A stretch of 64,000 nt of DNA from Akkermansiaceae bacterium (GTDB lineage: Bacteria; Verrucomicrobiota; Verrucomicrobiia; Verrucomicrobiales; Akkermansiaceae): positions 64,001 through 128,000 of the forward strand of contig JBPOGF010000002.1 in the NCBI GenBank assembly GCA_051251915.1, given 5' to 3'. Positions within the stretch are counted from its first letter, which is position 1. Each line of letters begins with the position of its first letter. The notes beneath the pieces are model-generated. The model was not told where the DNA came from, ran no database searches, and saw nothing but the letters and a program-made list of their open reading frames with translations. This document shows positions 55,651 through 64,000 of the stretch, piece after piece. A program made the position numbers and the translations under genes.

Positions 55651-56388
55651 TTATCTCAATACACGGTGGAAGAGGTCTAGGGTGAGTTGGTAGCAGGTGG
55701 TGGCTATTTCTGGGTCGTAGCGGTCTCCTTCGTCGCGGATGAAGGCGTGTTGGGCGTTGAATTCGTGCCAGGAGAAGTTGACATCGGCCTCGGTAAGTTT
55801 GTCGTAGAGGAGTTTGCGGCCTTCTAGTGGGACGTGGGGGTCTTGTTTGCCCCAGATCATGAGCATTTCTCCTTCTAGTTCTGTTAGGCGGTCGATGGTT
55901 TGTAAGCCATCGCCGGCGGGCATGGTGGAGGAGTGGATGTCTGTGGCGTAGAGGCAGCTGGAGGCTTGGACGCGGAGGTGTAGGCCGGCGCGGAAGGCTA
56001 GGTGGCCACCTAGGCAGACGCCGAATGAACCGATGGAGCCGTTGCAAAATTCTTGGGAATCTACCCACTCAACCATGCTTTGGGTGTCGGAGTCGTGGGC
56101 TGTTAGGGACTTGGTGAATTTGTCGTCGTTGCCTTTGTCTTTGCCTTCGTCATCGTAGGCGAGGACGGTTCCGATTTCATTGAGCTCGTGGAAGACTTCT
56201 GGGACGATGACTACGTAGCCGTGTCCTGCGACGTAGGCTGCGGTGCGGGCGATGGGGGAGGTGATTTGGAAAATTTCTGAGTAGAAGATGACGCTGGGGA
56301 ATGCGCCGGCATTGGTGGGGCGGAAGATGCGGCAGCGCATGGTTCCTGTTGCGGTTTCTAGATCGATAGTCTCTTGCTGGATGGTCAT
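55651..56388 (-). CDS. Dienelactone hydrolase family protein
   Basis: SEIFQIT, GVCLGG, G.QDPHVP, HAFIRD. Confidence 0.9.
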   Translation of the reverse strand: MTIQQETIDLETATGTMRCRIFRPTNAGAFPSVIFYSEIFQITSPIARTAAYVAGHGYVVIVPEVFHELNEIGTVLAYDDEGKDKGNDDKFTKSLTAHDSDTQSMVEWVDSQEFCNGSIGSFGVCLGGHLAFRAGLHLRVQASSCLYATDIHSSTMPAGDGLQTIDRLTELEGEMLMIWGKQDPHVPLEGRKLLYDKLTEADVNFSWHEFNAQHAFIRDEGDRYDPEIATTCYQLTLDLFHRVLR

Positions 56389-56519
56389 GGGGTTATGCTA
56401 AGTGATGGGAGGATCTCTACAATACAGAATCCTGCATTGATTCGTCTTTTTTAAATGATGGTTAGAACTGCAAACCGTGTTTGACTTGTTGTCTGACTTA
56501 CACATAAGGAGTGAGCACT

Positions 56520-56915
56520 ATGGCTAAACCGAAAAAATACACCTCGATAGAATTTAATATTCATGAAGCTTTAGGCTGGGATAAGGATAAGATTATTTTG
56601 GCTCTGGATGTGATCCGTAAGAAATTCTGTGAAACGCAGGATCTTTCACGACATGGACTGAGTGCGCATATCATGCCGCGTGAGCATCCAGCGAAGGTGG
56701 GTGAACTTTATCCTGTGATGGGGTTGGTTATTCCTACTTCGAAGCATTTTGGGCATTTTGATACGAATTCTATTATCACGATGTTTGATGCATGGATGCG
56801 TGATCATGAGGTGGAGGAGCTGCTGGATGAAACTAATGGGATAGGAGTTCCTTCCTGGGAGCGATTGCTAGAGCAGGAGACATTTCCGGTGGATCCTAGG
56901 ACTTTGTATTTGTAG
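56520..56915 (+). CDS. Hypothetical protein
   Basis: About 131-aa ORF with host-like codon bias; no motif. Confidence 0.6.
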   Translation: MAKPKKYTSIEFNIHEALGWDKDKIILALDVIRKKFCETQDLSRHGLSAHIMPREHPAKVGELYPVMGLVIPTSKHFGHFDTNSIITMFDAWMRDHEVEELLDETNGIGVPSWERLLEQETFPVDPRTLYL

Positions 56916-56975
56916 GAGGCGTATTGCTAGTGGCTTACGTTTGACAAAATTGCAGTATTTGATTAAATTAATAGT

Positions 56976-57215
56976 ATGAGTAAAGGAGTAGCACATAGTG
57001 ATGAGGGAGATATGGTGAATAGCCGTATTGAGAGGCTTGCCCGTGAAGCTTTTGGACAGGCGTATCAGGAGGCATTGGCTTCAGAAGGTGGAGTTATTGC
57101 AGTAGAGGAAGGGGTGCTCTATCAAGTGTTTCAGGATGGTAGGAAAGTGAAGATTAAGGACATTCCTCCTAAAATTAAGCTGAAACCAAATGTAGCCTAC
57201 ACTCTGAAAGCTTAA
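56976..57215 (+). CDS. Small protein, putative antitoxin partner
   Basis: 79 aa, 5 nt upstream of the zeta-like gene; TTGACA at 56941. Confidence 0.55.
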   Translation: MSKGVAHSDEGDMVNSRIERLAREAFGQAYQEALASEGGVIAVEEGVLYQVFQDGRKVKIKDIPPKIKLKPNVAYTLKA

Positions 57216-57220
57216 GATTA

Positions 57221-57946
57221 GTGTCACGTGTTCCCAGAGTTAGGATGTTTGCAGGACCTAACGGTTCTGGAAAAAGTCGTTTGAACAATTACGTGAATAA
57301 AAAGTGGCTTGGAATTTATGTGAATGCTGATGAAATTGAAAAGCAGCTACCTTCAGAAGGGGTAAGTTTAAGCACTTTTAAAGTAGAACTGGATGATGAT
57401 GCCTTCATTGAAGATTTTAATAATGAATGCAGACACCGGAAGCTAGAGCTGCCAGCAATAGAATGTAAAAACGGAATAGTTAAGGTAGATAAGAAAGAGG
57501 TTAATTCATATTATGCTTCTATGATTGCTGAATTGATACGCGGTTATTTATTGATTCACAAGATTTCCTTCACGTTTGAAACGGTGATGTCACATGAGAG
57601 TAAAGTAGCTTTCCTGATTCTGGCGAAAGAGGAAGGATTCAAAACTTACCTCTATTTTATAGCTACTGAAGACCCTAGGATAAATATTTCTCGAGTGGCT
57701 AAGCGTGTGATGAAAGGAGGTCATGATGTTCCGGTTGATAAGATTGAAAGTCGGTATCATCGGGCTATTGAGCTTTTGCCTCTGGCTTTAAAAACTGTTG
57801 ATCGTGGTTATGTATTTGATAATTCGGGGACTGAGGTAGAGTGGATAGCTGAGACTTCCAATTCGGAGAGTAATGATGTGACTAGCTTGGAACTTAAGAC
57901 AGTTGAGCTACCTCATTGGATGAGAAAGGTCGTTGAGGTTAGGTAA
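57221..57946 (+). CDS. Zeta-toxin-like P-loop kinase (COG4185 type)
   Basis: AGPNGSGKS, VNADEI, SFTFETVMSH.SK, RV..RV.KGGHDVP.DKI..RY, FDNS. Confidence 0.82.
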   Translation: MSRVPRVRMFAGPNGSGKSRLNNYVNKKWLGIYVNADEIEKQLPSEGVSLSTFKVELDDDAFIEDFNNECRHRKLELPAIECKNGIVKVDKKEVNSYYASMIAELIRGYLLIHKISFTFETVMSHESKVAFLILAKEEGFKTYLYFIATEDPRINISRVAKRVMKGGHDVPVDKIESRYHRAIELLPLALKTVDRGYVFDNSGTEVEWIAETSNSESNDVTSLELKTVELPHWMRKVVEVR

Positions 57947-58004
57947 TTTTTTCTAGAGAGGAAGGGTTGCAAATTGTTGTGCTTCAAGTTAAGAGATTGC
58001 TACT

Positions 58005-59642
58005 TTGACTACTCCAGATTCCATAAAGAAAGTTCCTGCTGCTGCTGAGCGTGAGATATCACGCAGGCGGACTTTTGCGATTATTTCTCACCCGGATGCG
58101 GGAAAGACGACTCTTACTGAAAAATTACTTCTCTATGGGGGAGCGATTGGCTTGGCGGGGAGTGTGACGTCTAAGAAGGAGCAGCAGTCTACTTCTAGTG
58201 ACTGGATGGCGATGGAGAAGGAACGTGGGATTTCTGTTTCTTCTACTGTGTTGCAATTTGAGTATAATGATTATTGTGTGAATCTGCTGGATACTCCTGG
58301 TCACCATGATTTCTCTGAAGATACTTATAGGGTGCTTTCTGCGGTGGATGCTGCTGTGATGGTGATTGATGCGGGTAAGGGGATAGAGGCTCAGACGTTG
58401 AAGTTGTTTGAGGTTTGTCGTCGCCGAGGGGTGCCGATTTTTGTGTTTATTAATAAGTTGGATAGACCGTCTCGGCCGCCGCTTGAGTTGCTAGATGAGT
58501 TGGAGGATGTGCTTAAGTTGGCACCTGCGCCGGTGAACTGGCCGTTGGGTGATGGTCCTCGTTTCCGTGGGGTTTATGATCGGAATAAGGATGAGGTTCA
58601 TCTGTTTGAGAAGACTGCGCATGGGGCGTTTAAGGCGCCGTTGGATGTGGCGGGTATAGCGGATGAGAAGGTGCGTGATGCGCTGGGGGATGAGCTTCAT
58701 GAGCAGGTGAGTCAGGAGATTGAGATGATAGATGGTTTGACTGAGCCTTTGGATATGGAGCGTGTTATTGCTGGTGAGCAGATGCCGATCTATTTTGGTA
58801 GTGCGATGAATAACTTTGGTGTGCAGAATATGTTGGAGAGCTTTTTGGAGTTAGCTCCGGAACCTGTAGGGCGAGTGAGTAATGAAGCGATGGTGGCACC
58901 TGCTACGGCTAATTTCTCAGGATTCGTGTTTAAGATTCAGGCGAATATGGACCCGCGTCACCGTGATAGGGCGGTGTTTATCCGGATTGTTTCTGGAGTG
59001 TTTGAGCGTGATATGCAGGTGATGGATCAGCGTAGTGGCAAGAAGGTGAGGTTGGCGAATGCGCAGAAGTTGTTTGGTAAGGATAGGGAGACGCTGGATA
59101 CTGCATATGCGGGGGATGTTTTGGCTCTGATTGGTAATTATAATTTCCTGATTGGTGATACGCTTACGAGCGATCCTAAGGTGGTGTATAATGAGATGCC
59201 GCGATTTACTCCGGAGTGTTTTGCGTATATTTTGAATAATGATACGGCTAACATTAAGCGTTATAGGGCGGGGATGGAGCAGTTGATGAAGGAGGGTGTG
59301 GCACAGGCTTATCAGGTGCATGGGAGTGCGCAGGCGGTGCCGATGTTAGGTGCGGTTGGGCCGTTGCAGTTTGAGGTTTTGCAGGCACGTTTGGCTTCTG
59401 AGTATAATGTGGAGACACGTGTTGAGAGTCCGCCGTGGTCCGTGGTGCAGTGGTTTGAGGAGGTAGAGCGAGATACGATGAGGAAGGATGGAGATCCGCC
59501 GAAGGTGCAGTTGCCTACGGGTAGTGCTGTGGCTAGGGATCAGGATGGGAACTGGGTAGTATTGCTGAACTCAAAGTATATGATTAGTATTTTGCATGAT
59601 CGGAACGAGCATTTGAAGTTTAGGGATCATGCGAATGATTAA
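58005..59642 (+). CDS. prfC: Peptide chain release factor 3
   Basis: RRTFAIISHPDAGKTTLTEKLLL, DTPGH.DFSEDTYR, NKLDR, FKIQANMDP.HRDR, GAVG.LQFEV. Confidence 0.97.
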   Translation: MTTPDSIKKVPAAAEREISRRRTFAIISHPDAGKTTLTEKLLLYGGAIGLAGSVTSKKEQQSTSSDWMAMEKERGISVSSTVLQFEYNDYCVNLLDTPGHHDFSEDTYRVLSAVDAAVMVIDAGKGIEAQTLKLFEVCRRRGVPIFVFINKLDRPSRPPLELLDELEDVLKLAPAPVNWPLGDGPRFRGVYDRNKDEVHLFEKTAHGAFKAPLDVAGIADEKVRDALGDELHEQVSQEIEMIDGLTEPLDMERVIAGEQMPIYFGSAMNNFGVQNMLESFLELAPEPVGRVSNEAMVAPATANFSGFVFKIQANMDPRHRDRAVFIRIVSGVFERDMQVMDQRSGKKVRLANAQKLFGKDRETLDTAYAGDVLALIGNYNFLIGDTLTSDPKVVYNEMPRFTPECFAYILNNDTANIKRYRAGMEQLMKEGVAQAYQVHGSAQAVPMLGAVGPLQFEVLQARLASEYNVETRVESPPWSVVQWFEEVERDTMRKDGDPPKVQLPTGSAVARDQDGNWVVLLNSKYMISILHDRNEHLKFRDHAND

Positions 59643-59706
59643 GGCTATTTGATCTATTTAGCATTTTATACTCGCTCCATTTTCCTGGGAATTTATCCTA
59701 TGGGTA

Positions 59707-61149
59707 ATGTTTAATCGATTTTGTCAAAATGCTTCCTTGATGGTGTTGCAATTATTGTTTCTGGTTAGTGGATTGATTCTTTTTTCTGCTACCTCTGGGG
59801 CTGAAGTGGGTAAGGAGGAGGCACCTGCATATTTTGTGGAGGCGGCGGAAGTTAGGCGTCTTAGTGCTGTAGATATAGGAAAAGAAGGTCTTACTGTTAA
59901 GCTTCCTGGTAAGGCTGGGAAAGTCATTATGGCTTATGCTGGGGCTTATTTGTTGATAGAGTTTCCGGAGCAGAAATCTATTGGGGTTTTCGATATTAGT
60001 GCTGGGGGAATCATCAAGTATATCGATTTTGCAGAGCCATTTAGTGATTTCGCGGCAGGGGGTAAGACTTTGCTTATTTATCTGGGTAAGACGAATAAGT
60101 TACAGCTATGGGATATGACTACTTGGGAGCTTAAATCTGAGAAGAGATTCCATGTGCGGCGACGGATTGGAGATATGGGGATGGGGTTATGGAATGATGA
60201 ATTTGCCCTTATTCGGTTTAAGGATGGAGATAGTTCGCATAATGCGGGAGATGCTATTGGGGTTTTATCTTTACCTGATTGTAAGTTGAGTATTCCCAAA
60301 TGGATCAGAGGGAAGGAGGGGATGACATTCTCTAAAAGTATCGATGGGTTGCATCACGAACGCGCGATCAATGTGATAGAAAGTGGGACGCATGCTACGG
60401 TTTGCTCTAGTTATATGCAATCAACGTTTGGGTTAATAGATCTGCAAGATTTGGAGATTCTGAAAGTGGTAAACTACTCTGGCAGCTTTTCTAATCCGAC
60501 GATGAGTTCTGATTTACGTTATGTCATCACTGGTTGGGATGTATTTGAACTGAGTGAGTTAGGGTTCAATAAGGCGAAAGTAGGATTGATTAAAAAACAT
60601 CTTAAACTTATGAATCCCAAGGTTAATGTTTCTGCTACCAGAGTAGAGCCGATATCAGGCTTTGAGGGAGTGATACAATTTGATAGACCTGATGGCAGAG
60701 ATCAGAAATGTTCTTTGCTGGTGCGTGGATTTGATTCTTGGCGTGTCTTGAGTAAGACGGAGATTCCGATGTCGATTTATCGTAAATTTTATCGGCCAAG
60801 TTTCCGCAGCAAGGTTTTTGCTTCGGGTTATGTAGAGCGGTGTGTGCTTGTTGAGGAAGAGTTGCCGGAGCTTTATGTATTTCCTATAGATATACAGTCA
60901 GCAAAAAAAGTAGTCGAGGAGATGGCCAAGCCAGGCTTTCCATATGTTCGTAAAGTTGATGTGCCTGTGGGGATTAAGGTTAGTGTTGAAGATGGGCTTG
61001 AAGGAGTGACATTTGACCAGGAGAAGAAGACCTTAACATGGGAGATACCTAAAGACTTTAAACATGGGGCGACTGGTTCTATCGTCTTATTGTTTACTGG
61101 TCCAGATGGTAAGACTCAATATCACTTTGAAAAGATTCTTGTTCCATAG
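59707..61149 (+). CDS. Hypothetical exported protein, possibly beta-propeller plus Ig-like C-terminus
   Basis: Signal peptide; blade-like IGVFD and LQLWD repeats; C-terminal G.TFD...LTW..P. Confidence 0.6.
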   Translation: MFNRFCQNASLMVLQLLFLVSGLILFSATSGAEVGKEEAPAYFVEAAEVRRLSAVDIGKEGLTVKLPGKAGKVIMAYAGAYLLIEFPEQKSIGVFDISAGGIIKYIDFAEPFSDFAAGGKTLLIYLGKTNKLQLWDMTTWELKSEKRFHVRRRIGDMGMGLWNDEFALIRFKDGDSSHNAGDAIGVLSLPDCKLSIPKWIRGKEGMTFSKSIDGLHHERAINVIESGTHATVCSSYMQSTFGLIDLQDLEILKVVNYSGSFSNPTMSSDLRYVITGWDVFELSELGFNKAKVGLIKKHLKLMNPKVNVSATRVEPISGFEGVIQFDRPDGRDQKCSLLVRGFDSWRVLSKTEIPMSIYRKFYRPSFRSKVFASGYVERCVLVEEELPELYVFPIDIQSAKKVVEEMAKPGFPYVRKVDVPVGIKVSVEDGLEGVTFDQEKKTLTWEIPKDFKHGATGSIVLLFTGPDGKTQYHFEKILVP

Positions 61150-61290
61150 ATTTCAGGTTTGAAAGTAACTGTCGTTTGGAGTGGGTGAGGGTGTTTATTA
61201 GGTCAATTTAAGTATTTCTTGGCTATTGTACAGGTATCGTTGCAGAAAAAACATTGTTCTATGGCATAGATTCACGATAGGATTATTTTC

Positions 61291-61974
61291 ATGGTAGCAA
61301 ATAAGTCAGAAAAGAAAGTTCTCGTCATCGATGTAGGTGGAACAAACATCAAGATCATTGTGACGGGTGCGGAGTCTCGTATTAAGATTCCATCTGAGTC
61401 AGATATGAGTGGGGAGAGGATGGTGGAGCTAGTAAAGGAAGCAACTACTGAAGCAGGCTGGGAGTATGATGTTATTTCACTTGGTGTTCCTTGTGTGGTG
61501 CTGGATGAGCGTGTGGTAAGGAAGCCGGTAAATCTTGGTGTGGGATGGAAGGGTGTTGATTTTTCTGAGGCATTTGGATGTCCAGTGAAGCTGATTAATG
61601 ATGCGGCAATGCAGGCTTATGGGTGTTATAAGGGGGGGACGATGTTGTTTCTTGGATTTGGTACGGGGCTGGGTACTACTTTGATTGCTGAGGGCACTAT
61701 TATTCCGTTAGAGGGGGGGCATTTGCCATATGATAAGACGAAGAAGAGTTTGGAGAATTACGTAGGTAAAGCAGGGCGTAGAGAGCTGGGTGATGTGAAG
61801 TGGCTGAAGCATTCGTTTCGGATCATTGAGGCTCTGCGAAATTGTTTCTGCGCTACCGATCTGGTGATTGGTGGTGGTAATGCAAAGGACTTGAAGCCAT
61901 TTCCAGAAGGTGCGCGTGAGGTGGATAACTCGGCGGCGTTTAAGGGTGGGTTTAGGCTTTGGGAGGTGTCGTAG
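61291..61974 (+). CDS. ppgK: ROK-family kinase, polyphosphate glucokinase-like
   Basis: IDVGGTNIK, NLG.GW, INDAAMQA, LGFGTGLG, E.GH, IGGGNA. Confidence 0.8.
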   Translation: MVANKSEKKVLVIDVGGTNIKIIVTGAESRIKIPSESDMSGERMVELVKEATTEAGWEYDVISLGVPCVVLDERVVRKPVNLGVGWKGVDFSEAFGCPVKLINDAAMQAYGCYKGGTMLFLGFGTGLGTTLIAEGTIIPLEGGHLPYDKTKKSLENYVGKAGRRELGDVKWLKHSFRIIEALRNCFCATDLVIGGGNAKDLKPFPEGAREVDNSAAFKGGFRLWEVS

Positions 61975-62040
61975 CTTTTGTTGCGAGTATCATTGGTTGA
62001 TTAGGTCAAGACGATGCAGTGTTTTTAGGTTGAAGATTTT

Positions 62041-62910
62041 TTATTTTCTCCAGATCCATTTGAGTGCTTCTGGGAATATTTTGCCGGCGTGTTTGCCGCT
62101 GTGGCCGCCGTCTGTTGGTGCCCAGTAGTGATCATATTTTCTAAATGCTAGAGCGCTTTGCATTTGGAGGTTTGAGAGCCACCAGTTGCCGTGGGCGTTG
62201 TTGAGGTCGTCTTTGCCGTCTTGGAGGTAGATGCGGAGGGGGCGGACTTTTTCTTTTCTGATGAGTGCTGGGTAGACGTGGCCTCCGCGGATATTCGTAA
62301 ACGAACCGATGTGACTGATGACTTTGCGAAATAGATCTGGGCGTTCCCAAGCTACGGTGAATGCGCAGATGCCTCCGGAGCTGAGGCCGCAGATGGCGCG
62401 TTGGTCAGGGTCTTGGGTGAGGTTGTAGTTTTTGGCAACGGCGGGGAGTAGTTCTTTTTCTAGGAAGGTAGCGTAGTCGGGGGTGAGGGAGTCGTATTCG
62501 AAGCTGCGGTTGCTCTTTTTCTTTTGAGTCCCCCAGTCTTGTTTGCCTTCAATTTTGTCTACTTTTAGGCCGGGGTTGACGAAGATGGCAATGGTGACGG
62601 GTATTTGTTTTTTATGGATTAGGTTGTCTAAGACGATGGGTGTGCGGAAGTCGCCTTTCTGGTTGACGTAGTTGTGACCGTCTTGGAAGACCATGACTGA
62701 GGCAGGTTTTGCTGGGTCATACTGAGCAGGGACGTAGATGTAGTATTGTCTGCGAGTATTGGCGAATATGTTGCTGCTAATTTCGTGTTGGGTGATGGTT
62801 CCTTTTGGGACGTTTTCTTGGCGTATAGAGTCGGCTGGCCATGGGAGTTCTGCAGCGAATGTTGAGGAAATGAGGAGTGATAGGGCAATGAGTGCTGAGG
62901 ATAGGTTCAT
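62041..62910 (-). CDS. Esterase (enterochelin-esterase-like alpha/beta hydrolase)
   Basis: Signal peptide; YVPAQY, VFQDG, GLSSGG, GGH. Confidence 0.85.
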   Translation of the reverse strand: MNLSSALIALSLLISSTFAAELPWPADSIRQENVPKGTITQHEISSNIFANTRRQYYIYVPAQYDPAKPASVMVFQDGHNYVNQKGDFRTPIVLDNLIHKKQIPVTIAIFVNPGLKVDKIEGKQDWGTQKKKSNRSFEYDSLTPDYATFLEKELLPAVAKNYNLTQDPDQRAICGLSSGGICAFTVAWERPDLFRKVISHIGSFTNIRGGHVYPALIRKEKVRPLRIYLQDGKDDLNNAHGNWWLSNLQMQSALAFRKYDHYWAPTDGGHSGKHAGKIFPEALKWIWRK

Positions 62911-63213
62911 GGTGGTGGAATAGGTGTGAGTATTATTACTCAGGTGGTGGAAGGTCTCTTACAGGAATTGTTTGGCTGTTAGGTAGGGATGTGTTGGTTG
63001 ATTTGGCGGGTGAGATTTGTGAGGGCTGAGCTTCTTTTGATGGTGACGAGGTGAGGGCTTGTCAGGGATGATGGGTTTATGGCGAGGGCTTGATTATGTC
63101 TGTTCAGATGGGTTTGTTGTTGGCCTGTTTGAGTAGCAAGTGCTGATTATTTTTCTTTGCTGATATAAGTTTGGGATATAATCTTTTGACTTAACTTTTT
63201 ACCTTATCTCATT

Positions 63214-64000
63214 ATGAAACTGATTTCTACGCTTTGTCTTTCGTTTGTCTTGTCTCTTCCTTTGGTTGGGGATGAGGGGTTTGTTGCGCTTTTTAATGGG
63301 AAAGACTTAAGTGGGTGGCAGTCTGTTAGAGAGGGGAATAAGGAGGGCAGTGGGTCATTTTCTGTGGATGAGGAAGGGAGGACGATTCATGTGTATGCTG
63401 AAGCTAAGGATGGGGCTGAGCAGCCTGTTGATTGCCTTTATACGGTGAAGGAGTATAGTGATTATATTTTGAAAATGGAGTATAAGTGGCTGGATAGGCG
63501 CTTTCCTCCTAGGGAGACGAGTGATCGTGATGCGGGGTTGCTGTTTCACATTCATGGGAATCTGACTAAGTTGTGGCCGTCTTGTTTGGAAATGCAGTTA
63601 GGTGAATCGGATGCAAAGAAGACTGAGGGGCGTTATCTTACGGGGGATTTATGGGTGATTGGTAAGGATGTACAGGTGATGAATGGACGAGGGAGTGATC
63701 ATTTTTACAAGGCTGAGGCGCCATTGGTATTGGTGGGAAAGGGGCAGGCTTATGATAGTTCGTTTACGACGGTTAATGCTGAGAAGCCTCATGGTGAGTG
63801 GAATGAGGTTACTTTAACAGTACGTGCTGGGAAAGAGGCTATATTTGATTTGAATGGTGTTGTGGTTAATAGGATTACTGAGATGACTACACTTGTTGAT
63901 GGTAAGAGAGTTCCTCTTGAAAAAGGGCGGATTGGCCTACAGGCTGAGTATGCGGAGTTACTCTATCGGAATATCAGGATCAAGGAATTGGCAGGGAAAG
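63214..64000 (+). CDS. DUF1080 (3-keto-disaccharide hydrolase-like) protein, runs off the window end
   Basis: Not in the ORF track; my translation gives MKLISTLCL..LFNGKDLSGW...GEWNE...GRIGLQAEYAELLYRNIRIKEL with no stop before 64000. Confidence 0.85.
   Translation, partial: MKLISTLCLSFVLSLPLVGDEGFVALFNGKDLSGWQSVREGNKEGSGSFSVDEEGRTIHVYAEAKDGAEQPVDCLYTVKEYSDYILKMEYKWLDRRFPPRETSDRDAGLLFHIHGNLTKLWPSCLEMQLGESDAKKTEGRYLTGDLWVIGKDVQVMNGRGSDHFYKAEAPLVLVGKGQAYDSSFTTVNAEKPHGEWNEVTLTVRAGKEAIFDLNGVVVNRITEMTTLVDGKRVPLEKGRIGLQAEYAELLYRNIRIKELAGK

Overview
A 64-kb bacterial chromosome segment with the hallmarks of a marine, polysaccharide-degrading Verrucomicrobium (Rubritalea-like; an inference from four PEP-CTERM proteins, eight Cys-type sulfatases and a C-terminal 'FY'-type sorting domain). 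From left to right it holds: a PEP-CTERM gene, a NarL-type two-component system and sulfatases; a Fur-boxed iron-uptake and flavinylation operon (TonB receptor, piuC, PepSY, DUF2271, DUF4198, apbE); an atypical block with a signal-anchored uORF ending in RAPP ahead of a tail-less secA; a sulfatase cluster; a PIN/HTH toxin-antitoxin pair and an ApeA-like HEPN gene at the 3' end of mfd; then an amidase, tRNA-Glu, an rsmA-Nudix fusion, a TetR/RND efflux operon, a MerR-like/phosphatase/acr3 module, a zeta-like pair, prfC, ppgK and a DUF1080 gene cut by the window edge. The best candidates for undescribed biology are (1) a SecM-like RAPP ribosome-arrest peptide upstream of a probable accessory SecA, (2) defence cassettes stacked behind duplicated copies of the mfd 3' end with no integrase in view, and (3) a possible ArsR/ArsC-free arsenic module. 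No CRISPR array, rRNA, transposase or integrase was seen. All family calls are from motif recognition by eye, not from database searches.
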